From Paraspadella gotoi (lineage: Eukaryota > Animalia > Chaetognatha), in assembly GCA_051294375.1 (NCBI GenBank), contig CM119270.1, positions 14,053,316 to 14,117,315 of the forward strand: a stretch of DNA of 64,000 nt. The letters run 5' to 3'. Numbering within the stretch: position 1 is the stretch's first letter; each line of letters starts with the position of its first letter. Under the pieces are notes generated by a model. It had not been told where the DNA came from, searched no databases, and was given only the letters and a program-made list of their open reading frames with translations. The position numbers and the translations under genes were made by a program. Below, piece after piece: positions 14,149 through 26,368 of the stretch.

Positions 14149-14201
<53 letters not shown>

Positions 14202-14603
14202 GCTTCCCTTTTTTCTTTTTTTTTTTCAATTTTGCTGTAAGAATCATCGCGTCCCGTCAATCTCGCTGTTGATTCAATAAGTTCAAAAGAGATTCGCTTG
14301 TTTGGAGCTTCAGCGACAACGGCGACGACGACGACGACGACGACAACAACGAAGTCGGTCGGACGGGAAGGGGGTGGCCAACGCATTGGGGGTGGCTCTG
14401 ATGGCAATTGTTTGCGGCTTCGGCGTTGGAGGTGGTTGATGTCATTACTGAGAGAGAAAGTGAAAAGCGTCCTTGTTGATGAGGGTTGTTGTTGTTGTTG
14501 TCGTTGTTGTTGTGGCTGTCGTTAGATGTTTAGAGTTACAAAATGTAGCTTATTGCCCTATGTTTAGTACTCTAAATAGTAGAATTAAATAGTGGATTCA
14601 TTC

Positions 14604-15304
14604 GTAGTCACGCTATGTTGGTAGTGACGCCATGTTGGTAGTGACGACATGTTGGTAGTGACGACATGTTGGTAGTGACGCTATGCTTGTAGTGACGCTA
14701 TGTTGGTTAGCGACGCCATGGTGGTAGTGCGCTATGTTGGTAGTGATTGCCATGTTGTAGTGATTACTGTGTTTGGTAGTGACACCATTTGGTATGATAC
14801 TAATGTTGAGTGATGCCAATGTTGATAGTGATGCTTGTTGTAGTGATGCTATTGTTGGTAGCAACCGCTATGTTTATAGCGACGCTTATTGTTGAGTTAG
14901 TGATGCTAATGTTGGTAGTTATGTTACATTGGTAGTGACGCCATGTTGGTAGTGACGCTAAGTTGTAGTGCGCTATGTTGGTAGTGATGCCATGTTGTAG
15001 TGACGCTATGTTGGTTTGCGACGCCATGTTGGTAGCGGAACGCTATGTTAGTAGCGATGCCCAATGTTGATAGTGATACCATGTTGGTAGTAACGCCATT
15101 GTTGGTAGTGATGCTATATTTCGGTAGCGATGCCTTATTTGGACGACCGCATGTGGTACCAACGCTATGGTGGTAGGTGACCGCCATTTGGGTAGTGATG
15201 CCTATGTTGGTATCGACGCATTTGGTAGTGCTTGTTTGTAGTGACGCCATGGTTGGTAGTGACGCTATGTTGGTAGTGACGCTATGTTGGTAGCGACGCT
15301 ATGA
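14604..15304. repeat. 17-bp minisatellite, consensus ATGTTGGTAGTGACGCY, about 40 degenerate units
   Basis: Direct head-to-tail repeats, for example atgttggtagtgacgcc / atgttggtagtgacgac / atgttggtagtgacgct, with no unique spacers. Confidence 0.9.
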
Positions 15305-15406
15305 TGCCAGACTTAAAACGAAAGTTTTCGAGTCGCATCGAAGTCGCTCGGGGGAGGCGAACGATGCTAGACGCAAAGAGTCCCGTCGGGGGGCGGAAGA
15401 GAGAAG

Positions 15407-15476
<70 letters not shown>

Positions 15477-17182
15477 GACGGGGGTAGAGCGAATGGAGTC
15501 GATAGGAGAGTCGTCGTCGTCGTCGTCGTCGTCTTTGTAGTAAGGCAAGGAGGGAAAAAGGGGAAGGAGGAGAAGGATGAGAGGGAAGGGGCCGCAGGGG
15601 ACGAAAGGAGGGGCGAGGGAAGGGACGTGCTTGGGGGGGCGCCAACATGAGGCGAAGAGGACGTGTGGGGGCCGCCAATGACGAGGGGAACGAAGCGACG
15701 TCATTAACCGAAATAGAACAATGGCCGACTGAGGAATGAACTCCTCCAACTGATGAACGAAGAAACAAACGAAGGAATTTGAGTTAAACAAATTATCCAA
15801 CAACTTGACAAACTAATGCACAATTTCGTACTAATATTAAATAACCGGTCCAATATGAAAGTTAGTGGCAAGAGAGCTTATTTTTTAAATGAATGTATTA
15901 GTTTTTTATTAGTTGTACCAATTTCTTAAAAAAAATATAGAAATTAGAAGATGAAAAAATCGTGGACGAAGCGAACGACACTGAAACACGAGAACAAAAC
16001 AACGAACAAAGCAGCGAACAAACAAGCAAAACAAAACAACGAACAAAGCAGCGAACAACGTAAAGTTCGAACGAATGAACAAACGAACAGAAAAAAAAAC
16101 CCCGGGGAATCCCATCAATTTCATTTCTTTTTCACAAAAGAAGAAAATTGAGAAAAAAAANNNNNNNNNNNNNNNNNNNNNNNNNNNNNNNNNNNNNNNN
16201 NNNNNNNNNNNNNNNTCTCTCTCTCTCTCCATCACTTTCACGTCCCATAATCTTTTGCCTCCTGAAATCCTTTAAATCTGAGAAATTTTCCGATATCGTT
16301 TCTCCTTTTGGTCTGGGATAAAGGAGGAAGAAGGAGATACGAGAAGGAGAAGGGAGAAGGAGAGGAAAGGAGTAAAAGAAGGAGATCTAAAGAAGAAGAA
16401 GAAGAAGAGCGGGAGAGAAGATAGCGAGAAATCGGAAATTCCATGTAGCGTTTTCAATCATCATTATCATCGTCATCGTCGTCGACGTCATCCTTACTCG
16501 ATGTTGATTTATTAAAATCCGAATTAGTTCTACGGTTGACGAAAGACGCGTTCCAACCTGAGGCCAGAAAACATTCAGTCAATAACAACAGATCAAATCT
16601 GACCGAAAGCAGTTGGCAAATAAGTCGTCACCGACGAAACTCCGACGTTTAACGACTCATTCACAACATTTGACCCTCGCAACGTGAACCGTCGTCACCT
16701 TTCACATTATGCGACAGACTTACAAATCAAAGTGTTTACAAATTCTTTCCAGAACGTAACTAACAACACGAAGCCTATCATTTTCAGCGGGATGGGGTTT
16801 TGTGGTTACTATTTAGTTACTATATAGATTTGATTTACTAATCAGGCAGTCATATCTGAAAAAAAAACTGTGAATCCGCGATTTTTTATAGTAGCTAAGT
16901 TCCGGCCGTGATTCGTTCACAACAATTGTGGATCGTTCACAAGTCCGAATAATTCACGACTACGAATCGTTCCCAATTTTTAATCGTTCACAATCGCGGA
17001 TCGTTCACCGCCTCACTTTTTATTCAGGTAATTCATATCCTCGAACCCCGACCGTTTTTTTCTTTTCACCACCAATTTTCTCCTCGTTTCACGGGCTCAC
17101 GGTTTTGTCCTCGTCGTCGTCGTTGTGGTCGTCGTCGTCGTCGTCTCTTCATCCGTTATGATAAGGAGATCATCGCGGGCAG

Positions 17183-17213
<31 letters not shown>

Positions 17214-17365
17214 TTCATTGACACCATCGTCGGGACCCCCGACGTGGAACCACATGGTGAGGATGAGTGAGACACGCTCGTCCTCCTCTTCCTCTTCCTC
17301 CTCATTTCAGCCTCCGATTCCGTCGTCGTCGTCGTCGTCGCGCTCATCGTCACCATACGAGAGAG

Positions 17366-17449
<84 letters not shown>

Positions 17450-18478
17450 AAGGAGTGAAAAGTCGCCGCTGAGAGAGAAAAAATATTAGAAATTGCAACG
17501 ACTATGAGGACGACGGAAGCGAAACGACGACGACGACGACGACGACGGTGGCGGACCTCATGATTTTTTTTTCTCACCATGACGGAGGCGACGCCATCGA
17601 CGCCGCCAATGGAACTCATCGTCTGACTTGGATTCCGTCTCGCGATTCCATCTCGGACTTCAATCTCCACCTCCGTCGCCACCCGAGACGCTTCTCATCC
17701 CGCCACTGTCTCGCTCTCTCGCTCTTACTCTCTCTATTAGATATATCCCGTGATGACAGAGAGAGAGAGAGACGACCGAAGATGAAATTAAATATTGAAT
17801 GAATGAAAAAAAGGATAAATCGCCTCGACTCTTCTCTTCGTCTCATCCACTGTTTTTGCAAATTTATTTCGGGTTTTTTTTTTCGGCCGAAGAAAAAAAA
17901 ACAAAATCGGAAACGAAACTGAGTTGCGTTTTTTATTTCTCGGCGCCGGATTTTTTTGAAGAAGTATCACCGGCCGAGAGATTTCCGGCTTAGCGACGAG
18001 ACTTTTATCATTACTTTAGAGATTCGTTGTCGACCTGACGTCAAAAATCGATGAACAAAATCGACGACGTCAAAAATCCAGATTTTGAAATGATGTATAA
18101 ATTACGTCGAGTTTAGACAAATTTCTGAGGAAGCAATTTGAAATCACCAAACGTTAGAATATCTCTCCGAACTTTATTTCACATTCACGTTGTTTATGCT
18201 AAGGAAACGAACCTTCGACCCATAAAAATCGCAAGACTTGGAGGGGAAAAATCCATGGTCACTTTTGGGTCAAGAAATAATTTTGTTAGCGATCGAAACG
18301 GCGAGAAAAAGACAAACACCCAACTCCTCTCAATATTTTGACTGCCTCACAATTCATTGTAAACCCTGGAGTTATATATCAAGTTCACCGTTGAGAACTT
18401 TTCGGGTCACCATCCGCGATCGAGTTCAGACAATGATCTTACTGCGTCAAGACCAATTCTAAAACACAATATTAAATA

Positions 18479-18609
18479 CCCCGCGCCACCACTCTCCCCG
18501 CGCCACCACTCTCCCCGCGCCAATCGTCTCCTTCCTTCCAACGTTCTCCTCACGCCGAAGCCCTTTCCCGCGCCATCAATCTCCCTGCGTCAACGCTTTC
18601 CCCGCGCCA
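18479..18609 (+). promoter_or_regulatory. Cluster of five CCCGCGCCA motifs 550-680 bp upstream of the putative NK2.2 start (E2F-like or GC-box-like)
   Basis: CCCCGCGCCA at 18479, 18496 and 18513; TTTCCCGCGCCA at 18564; TTTCCCCGCGCCA at 18597. Function is inferred only. Confidence 0.3.
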
Positions 18610-19158
18610 ACGCCATCCCGAAACCACTCGCGAGAAACGAGACACGGAAATTCGTGCGAAACACGAAACATGAAACTCGAAGAAAACTTCGCGTGAAACT
18701 CAAACCTCGAAACATCGAAAGTAAAAAAAAAGGGAAATCGGTGGAGGAAGAGAAAAAAAAGAAAAAGGAAAAATGAAAGGAAAAACGGAGAAGTTTAAAA
18801 AATGAATTAAGAAAAGGAAAATATCAAATGAAGCGCAACTAAAACATATCATACAAAAAAAACGAGAATAGTAAAAAAAGTTTTTTTTTTATAAAAAAAA
18901 CTTTTTTTTTCGTCGGAAAATTATTTTCTTCGTTTCCATAGAAAAAGACTTCGTCATAAAATTTACCTAACATTGCCGAAGATTCTGGCGACATATTGTC
19001 TCTCAAAAAAACTGGGCTAACAGACACTACTGAAGCCAACACAGAAGCCAAAAACCCAACTAAAAAGTGTAACTGTAAATATGTAAATAACAAAAATAAT
19101 AAAAAAAGTTTCACCCACGACGCCTCGCCGTTCGACGTCTTACTTTTTTTTAATTTGA

Positions 19159-20058
19159 ATGCCCGCCGCCGACCTGGAAGCGGCGCCAGTCATCCCGGCG
19201 GCGCCCCTAGTGGTGGCGGCGTCGCTTCCGTCCGCCATGGACGTTGGACGGCGCGCCTCTTTGGCCGCCGCCGCCGCCGACGCCACAGAGATTTTCCGGC
19301 ATCACGCCGCCGCTCACCACGCCGCCCTCTACCATCACAGACTCCACGGAGACGCCGCCGCCGCCGCCGCTGCAGCCGCCGCCGCCGCTAGAGGCGCGAC
19401 GCTCGTGGGGCCGTCTGCGGCATCAATGGGCGTCGCCTTCGATCCATTGGCGCTGATCGCTCATCCCGTCTTTTCTTCTTCTTCGTCGCCGTCGTCGTCG
19501 TCGCCGGCAAGAAACGATGACGTGTCACCAACGGCAGCGACGACGACGGCGACGACAACGCCGTCGTCGTCGTCATCGTCAAACGTCACCACGACGATCA
19601 AAAACTCATCACCGTCGACGAAAACGATGCAGTCGTCATTATCGTCATCGTCGTCGTCGTCGTCGTCATCGTCCTCGTCTTCCTCAGCCAAAGCGTCAGA
19701 GACGCCGTCGGCTTCTGACCGGAAATCGGTCTCCCCTCCTCCTCCTCCTCCCTCTCTACCTCCTCCCCCTCCTCCTCCCACACGCCCCTCCGCTCGCACC
19801 CCTTCGCCACGACCATCTCCACAACCTCGTTCTCCTCCGCCCGCCTCTCCGCCGCCACCTCTGCCGCCCTTGCCACCCTTACCGGCTCTGCCGACCCTGC
19901 CAGCCCTGCCGTCCCGGTTGCCGCCCCTGCCGCCGCCTCCCGCTCCGCTGCTGCCGCCGCCGTCGGCGTTGAATCCCTTGTCGTTGTACGCCTCGGCGGC
20001 GGCGTTGCGGGCGGGGGTTTCACCAGAGGCGTACTTGTCCAAGTTGATTCAGTTTCAG
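19159..20058 (+). CDS. NKX2-2: NK2.2 homeobox gene, putative coding exon 1 (300 aa Ala/Ser/Pro-rich N-terminal extension)
   Basis: Uninterrupted GC-rich 900-nt frame from ATG 19159, ending ...SKLIQFQ at a CAG|GTGTGA donor (phase 0). This is in phase with the polypyrimidine-CAG|ATG acceptor at 21123/21124. No conserved domain, so the link to the gene is inferred from splice phase. Confidence 0.62.
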
Positions 20059-20530
20059 GTGTGAAAGAGACTTACCTTTGATGGAGAGGCTTCAAACTTA
20101 CCTTTGAAACAAAAAAGTTTTACTAGGTTCTAAATTTTCGAAATTGGCTAATATTATATATTTTACTGTACTATACTATACTATTTATAGTGTACAAAAC
20201 ATTAAAAGATGTTTCTAAAATAAGAATAATGATCGGCGACGACGTCGTTTGATTCCTCCTCAACCCCCGAGTTTTCTCAATGACCATCCAAGGATCTAAA
20301 TTCGCACTCAATTCTCTCTCTCTCTCTCTCTATTCTCTCTCTCTCTCGTCTCTCTCTCTCTCTTCTCTCTCCTCTCTCTCTCTTCTCCTCTCTGTCTCTC
20401 TCTCTCTCTCTTTCTTTCTTCTATCTCTCTCTCTCTCCCTCTGTGTCATCATCATCATTAGAGTTTTTTGAGTCCTTTTGATTTCTTCATCCCCTCACAT
20501 TCTTCTTTCTTCTGCCATCTCTCTCTTTCT

Positions 20531-20577
<47 letters not shown>

Positions 20578-21123
20578 ACTCTCTCATTCTCCCTCTCTCT
20601 CTTCTCTCGGAAGTAGAGAAAGACATTAGCTTATTTCCTCACGCTTTCTTCTCCCAGTGGGAGACTAAATGATGCGTCGACCGCGGTTGAGTAGCAGAAA
20701 TTCTTATCTCGTTTTGATAACTTTTCTCTCTGTCTCCCTCTGCTTTCTTTATCCTCTCGCTCTCCCTCTCTTCCTTTCTCGAGACGAAAATTTGAATAAA
20801 GATCCCTTTTTGGGTCCCTCGCGACCTTCGACTAAGCGAATCCTGACCTTAATGACAGAATTATCGAAACAAAAACACAACAATTTTTCCGTGACGCTGG
20901 TTTCGAAAAATGAAATATGACAAAGGATACATTAATTACGAAATATGACAGCGATTTACTTAATATGAAAATTCTTTTTTTCATCCGTACGATAAATAGC
21001 GAATACAAATATACACTGAAGAAATGACGAAACAACGAACAAACAATTTTAACGACCATTTAACTTTACTAGTAAGTTAACTTTTCCTCACCCCCCGCCC
21101 TCACTCTCCCGCTCCTCCTCCAG

Positions 21124-21502
21124 ATGGACACCTCCCTCATGATGAACGGACCCACGGCCATGGCGAGCCTCCCCCACCACCACCACCACCACCCTCACCA
21201 TCCCCACCATCCCCACCATCACGCCCTCTCGTCGTTGTCGTCGTCGTCGCCCGGCAGCGTCAAATCCGCGTCGTCGTCGTCCTTCGCCGTCAAGGATCTC
21301 CTCGATCTCCCGGCCACTTCCGGCAGCGGCGTCGGCGGCGTCGTGGTTTCCGCCGGATCGGCGACGACGCCGACGACGACGACGGAGACGGACTTTGGCG
21401 CCGGTTTAGTAGGCGGCGCCCTTCCGTCCGGCGTCGGGCAAACCTTCGACTACGACGCCCACTATCGATGGCTGCAGAGGACGGACGCGGTTGCCTTCGC
21501 TT
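21124..21502 (+). CDS. NKX2-2: NK2.2 homeobox gene, exon with TN/eh1 (Groucho-binding) motif
   Basis: Encodes SFAVKDLLDLP (FAVKDLLDLP at 21283-21312), compare NK2 TN domain FSVKDILDLP. Also encodes YDAHYRWLQRT, compare NKX2-2 DNPYTRWLAST. Acceptor cag at 21121-21123; donor T|GTGAGT at 21502/21503 (phase 1). Confidence 0.88.
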
Positions 21503-23243
21503 GTGAGTTTGGGGTTGGGGCTACTGGGGTAAGGAAGGGGGGGTAGTTTGATCGGGGTGACGGTGGGGGGTGGTAAGGTAGAAAAATGAAAAATTGTGGG
21601 ACGACTTTCTTTCTTTATACTTTTTTAATTATTTCGAAATAATCGTTGGGCTCTTCGCATTGATTCGTTTGAAATATTACAAATCTCAATCCGGTTGCCA
21701 CGGATCCACACTTTGCTATATAATTTTTATTAAATTGATTTCCAAATTCTGTTTTCTTTCTTTGTTTTAAAACGCAGCTCTTTTATTTCCTTTTCGTTTC
21801 TCAGTTTTTCGAGTTGGTTTCCTCNNNNNNNNNNNNNNNNNNNNNNNNNNNNNNNNNNNNNNNNNNNNNNNNNNNNNNNNNNNNNNNNNNNNNNNNNNNN
21901 NNNNNNNNNNNNNNNNNNNNNNNNNNNNNNNNNNNNNNNNNNNNNNNNNNNNNNNNNNNNNNNNNNNNNNNNNNNNNNNNNNNNNNNNNNNNNNNNNNNN
22001 NNNNNNNNNNNNNNNNNNGGCACCTAATTCGTCGTCGTCGTTGCCGTCGTCTTCGTCGTCGTCGTCGTCTAATCCTCTAGTTCGGGTTTCCTGGNNNNNN
22101 NNNNTTCGTTTGAAATATTATAAATCTCAATACCGTTGCCACGGATCCACACTTTGCTATATAATTTTTATTAAATAAGAAATAATTTTTGCTTCGCTAT
22201 TTATTTCCAAATTCTGTTTTCTTTCTTTGTTTTAAAAATTTCCTTTTCGTTTCTCAGTTTTTCGAGTTGGTTTCCTCAATGTTTCACAATCACTTACTCT
22301 AGAAAACCCACCTTTCATCATGAGATTCTGAGAGCCACGAAATTAAAGAGTCAGGCACCTAATTCGTCGTCGTCGTTGCCGTCGTCTTCGTCGACGTCGT
22401 CGTCTAATCCTCTAGTTCTGGTTTCCTGGTTGATTTTTCATGACTAAATCTCAAAGGTGGAAACTTTCTCTCCCTTTTCTTCACCTTANNNNNNNNNNNN
22501 NNNNNNNNNNNNNAGAAGAGAGGAGAGAGAGAGAGAGAGAGAGAGGAAGAGAGAAGAGGAGAGAGAGAGTACCGCGTGGGTTCCTTTATGTCGGCTGGAG
22601 AGGTAGGGTAATGCTGTGGGGAAAAGAAAGGGAGAGGGAGATAAGTCGTTAGGGGAGGGTAAGGTGAAGAAAAGGGAAGAAACGTTTCCAGCCTTTTGAG
22701 ATTGTAGTATGAAAAAATCAAACCAGGAAACCAGAACTAGGGATTAGAGACGACGTCGACAAGACCGACGGCAACGACGACGACGAATGAATTAGGTGCC
22801 TGACTCTTTAATTTCGTGGCTCTCAGATCTCATATGAAAGGTGGGTTTTCTAGAGTAAGTGATTGTGAAACATTGAGGAAACCAACTCGAAAAACTAGAA
22901 ACGAAAAGGAAATTTTTTAAAACAAAGAAAGAAAAACAAGAATTGGAAATAAATAGGCGAAACAAAATATTTTTATTTAATAAAAATTTATAGCAAAGTG
23001 TGGATCCGTGGCAACGGTTTGAGATTATAAATATCAAACGAATCAATTGCGAAGAGCCCACGATATTCGAAAATAATTAAAAGTATAAGAAAAAAAAATG
23101 ACTTGAACTTTTAAAGATACGAAAGTAAGTTCGTCCCACAATTTTTCATTTTTCTACCTTACCACCCCAGGTCCCCCACGCCTCTGTCACCCGATCAAAC
23201 TACCCCCCCTTCCTTACCCCAGTAGCCCCAACCCCAAACTCAC

Positions 23244-24149
23244 AAAGCGAAAGCAACCGCTCCGTCCTCTGCAGCCATCGATAGGGTGACGTCGTGTCGA
23301 AGGTTGCCGAAGCGGACGGAGGCGCCGGCCTACTAAACCGGCCGCCAAAGTCCGTCTCCGTCGTCGTCGTCGGCGTCGTCGCCGATCGGCGGAAACCACG
23401 ACGCCGCCGACGCCGCTGCCGGAAGTGGCCGGGAGATCGAGGAGATCCTTGACGGCGAAGGACGACGACGACGCGGGATTGACGCTGCCGGCGACGACGA
23501 CGACCAACGACGAGAGGCGTGATGGTGGGGATGGTGGGGATGGTGGGTGGTGTGGGGTGGTGGGGGAGGCTCGCCATGGCCGTGGGTCGTTCATCATGAG
23601 GGAGGTGTCCATCTGGAGGAGGAGCGGGGAGGAGGGCGGGGGTGAGAAAGTTAACTTACTAGTAAAGTTAATGGTCGTTAAATGTTTGTTCGTTGTTTCG
23701 TCATTTCTTAGTGTATATTTGTATTCGCCTATTTATCGTACGGATGAAAAATAAGAATTTTCATATTAAGTAAATCGCTGTCATATTTCCGTAATTAATG
23801 TATCCTTTGTCATATTTCATTTTTTCCGAAACCAGCGTCACGGAAAATGTTGTGTTTTTGTTTCGATAATTCTGTCATTAAGGTCAGGATTCGCTTAGTC
23901 GAAGTCCGCGAGGGACCCAAAAGGGATCTTTACTCAAATTTTTCGTCTCTAGGAAAGGAAGAGAGGGAGAGCGAGAGGATAAAGAAAGCAGAGGGAGAAG
24001 AGAGAAAAGTATCAAAAACGAGATTAGAATTTCTGCTACTTCAACCGCGGTCGGACGCATCATTTAGTCTCCCACTGGGAGAAGAAAGCGTGAGGGGGGA
24101 ATTAAGCTAATGTCTTTCTCTACTTCCGAGAGGAGAGAGGATTGGAGAT

Positions 24150-24180
<31 letters not shown>

Positions 24181-25517
24181 GAAGAAGAGAGAGAGAGAGA
24201 GAGATGAGATGCAGAAGAAAAAAAATGTGAGGGGAGGAAGAAATCAAAAGGACTCAAAAAACTCTAATGATGATGATGACACAGAGGGAGAGAGGGAGAG
24301 AGAATAGAAAAGAAAGAGAGAGAGAGAGAGAGGAGAGGGAGAGAGAGAGAGAGAGGAGAGAAGAGACGACGACGAGAGAGAGAGAGAATTGAGTGCGAAT
24401 TTAGATCCTTGGATGGATGGTCATTGAGAAAACTCGGGGGTTGAGGGAGGAATCAAACGACGATCGTCGCCGATCATTATTCTTTATTTTAGAAACATCT
24501 TTATGTTTTGTACTATTAATAGTATAGTAGTACAGTAAAATAATATATATTAGCCAATTTCGAAAAATTTAGAACCTAGTAAAACTTTTTTGTTTTCAAA
24601 GTAAGTTTGAAGCCTCTCCATCAAGGTATAAGTCTCTTTCACACCTGAAACTGAATCAACTTGGACAAGTACGCCTCTGGTGAAACCCCCGCCCGCAACG
24701 CCGCCGCCGAGCGTACAACGACAAGGGATCAACGCCGCGGCGGCGGCAGCAGCGGAGCGGAGGGGCGGCCAGGGGCGGCAACCGGGACGGCAGGGCTGGC
24801 AGGGTCGGCAAGAGCCGGTAAGGGTGGCAAGGCGGCAGAGGTGGCGGCGAGAGGGGGCGGAGGAGACGAGGTTGTGGAATGGTCGTGGCGAAGGGGTGCG
24901 AGCGGAGGGCGTGTGGGAGGAGAGGGGGAGGAGGTAGAGAGGGAGGAGGAGGAGGAGGGGAACGATTTCCGTCAGAAGCGACGGCGTCTCCGACGCTTTG
25001 GCTGAGGAAGACGAGGACGATGACGACGACGACGACGACATGACGATAATGAACGACTGCATCGTTTCGTCGACGGTGATGAGTTTTTTTGATCGTCGTG
25101 TGACGTTTGACGATGACGACGACAACGGCGTTCGTCGCCGTCGTCGTCGCTGTTGTTGGTGACACGTCATCGTTTTCTTGCCGGCGACGACGACGACGGC
25201 GACGAAGAAGAAGAAAGACGGATGAGCGTCAGCGCCAATGGATCGAAGGCGAACGCCCATTGATGCCGCAGACGCCCCACGAGCGTCGCGCCCCTAGCGG
25301 CGGCGGCGGCTGCAGCGGCGGCGGCGGCGCGTTCCGTGGATCTGTGATGGTAGAAGGGCGGCGTGTGAGCGGCGGCGTGATGCCGGAAAATCCTGTGGCG
25401 TCGCGGCGGCGGCGGGCCAAAGAGGCGCGCCGTCCAACGTCCATGGCGGACGGAAGCGACGCCGCCACCACTAGGGCGCCGCCGGATGACTGCGCCGCTC
25501 CAGGTCGGCGCGGGCAT
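23244..25517 (-). pseudogene. Frameshifted inverted copy of NK2.2 exons 1-2 (probable assembly artefact or alternate haplotype read)
   Basis: Reverse complement of 19159-21502, with the exon 2 copy at 23244-23612 and the exon 1 copy at 24645-25517. It carries many 1-bp indels, yet SFAVKDLLDLP and YRWLQRT are still visible in different frames. Confidence 0.75.
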
Positions 25518-26368
25518 TCAAATTAAAAAAAAGTAAGACGTCGAACGGCGAGGCGTGTGGGTGAAACTTTTTTTATTATTTTTTGTTATTTACAATTTAC
25601 AGTTACACTTTTTAGTTGGGTTTTTTGGCTTCTGTGTTGGCTTCAGTAGTGGTCTGTACCCAGTTTTTTTGAGAGACAATATGTCGCCAGATCTCGGCAA
25701 TGTTAGTAAATTTTATGACGAAGTCTTTTTTCTATGGAAACGAAGAAAATAATCTTTCCGACGAAAAAAAAGTTTTTTATAAAAAAAAAACTTTTTTTAC
25801 TATTCTCGTTTTTTTTTGTATGATATGTTTTAAGTTGCGCTTCATTTGATATTTCCTTTTCTAATCCATTTTTTAAACTTCTCCGTTTTCCTTTCATTTT
25901 TCCTTTTTCTTTTTTTTCTCTTCCTCCACCGATTTCCTTTTTTTTACTTTCGACTGTTTCGAGGTTGAGTTTCAAGCGGAGTTTCTTCGAGTTTCATGTT
26001 TCGTGTTTCGCACGAATTTCCGTGTCTCGTTTCTCGCGAGTGGTTTCGGATGGCGTGGCGCGGGGAAAGCGTGACGCCAGGAGATTGATGGCGCGGGAAA
26101 GGGCTTCGGCGTGAGGAGAACGTTGGAAGGAAGGAGACGATTGGCGCGGGGAAAGGGTGGCGAGGGAGAGTGGTGCGCGGGTATTTAATATTGTGTTTTA
26201 GAATTGGTTTGACGCAGTAAGATCATTGTCCGAACTCGATCGCGGATGGTGACCGAAAAGTCTCAACGGAGAACTTGATATATAACTCCAGGGTTACAAT
26301 GAATTGTGAGGCAGTCAAAATATTGAGAGGAGTTGGGTGTTTTCTTTTTCTCGCCGTTCGATCGCTAA

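Noticed and set aside
14604-15304. CRISPR-like array
   Set aside because: Head-to-tail 17-bp units without unique spacers, no cas genes, and a eukaryotic spliced-gene context.
16104-16113. NF-kB/Dorsal-like site GGGGAATCCC
   Set aside because: An isolated 10-mer without the clustered Twist and Su(H) sites of a vnd-type enhancer; plausible by chance in 64 kb.
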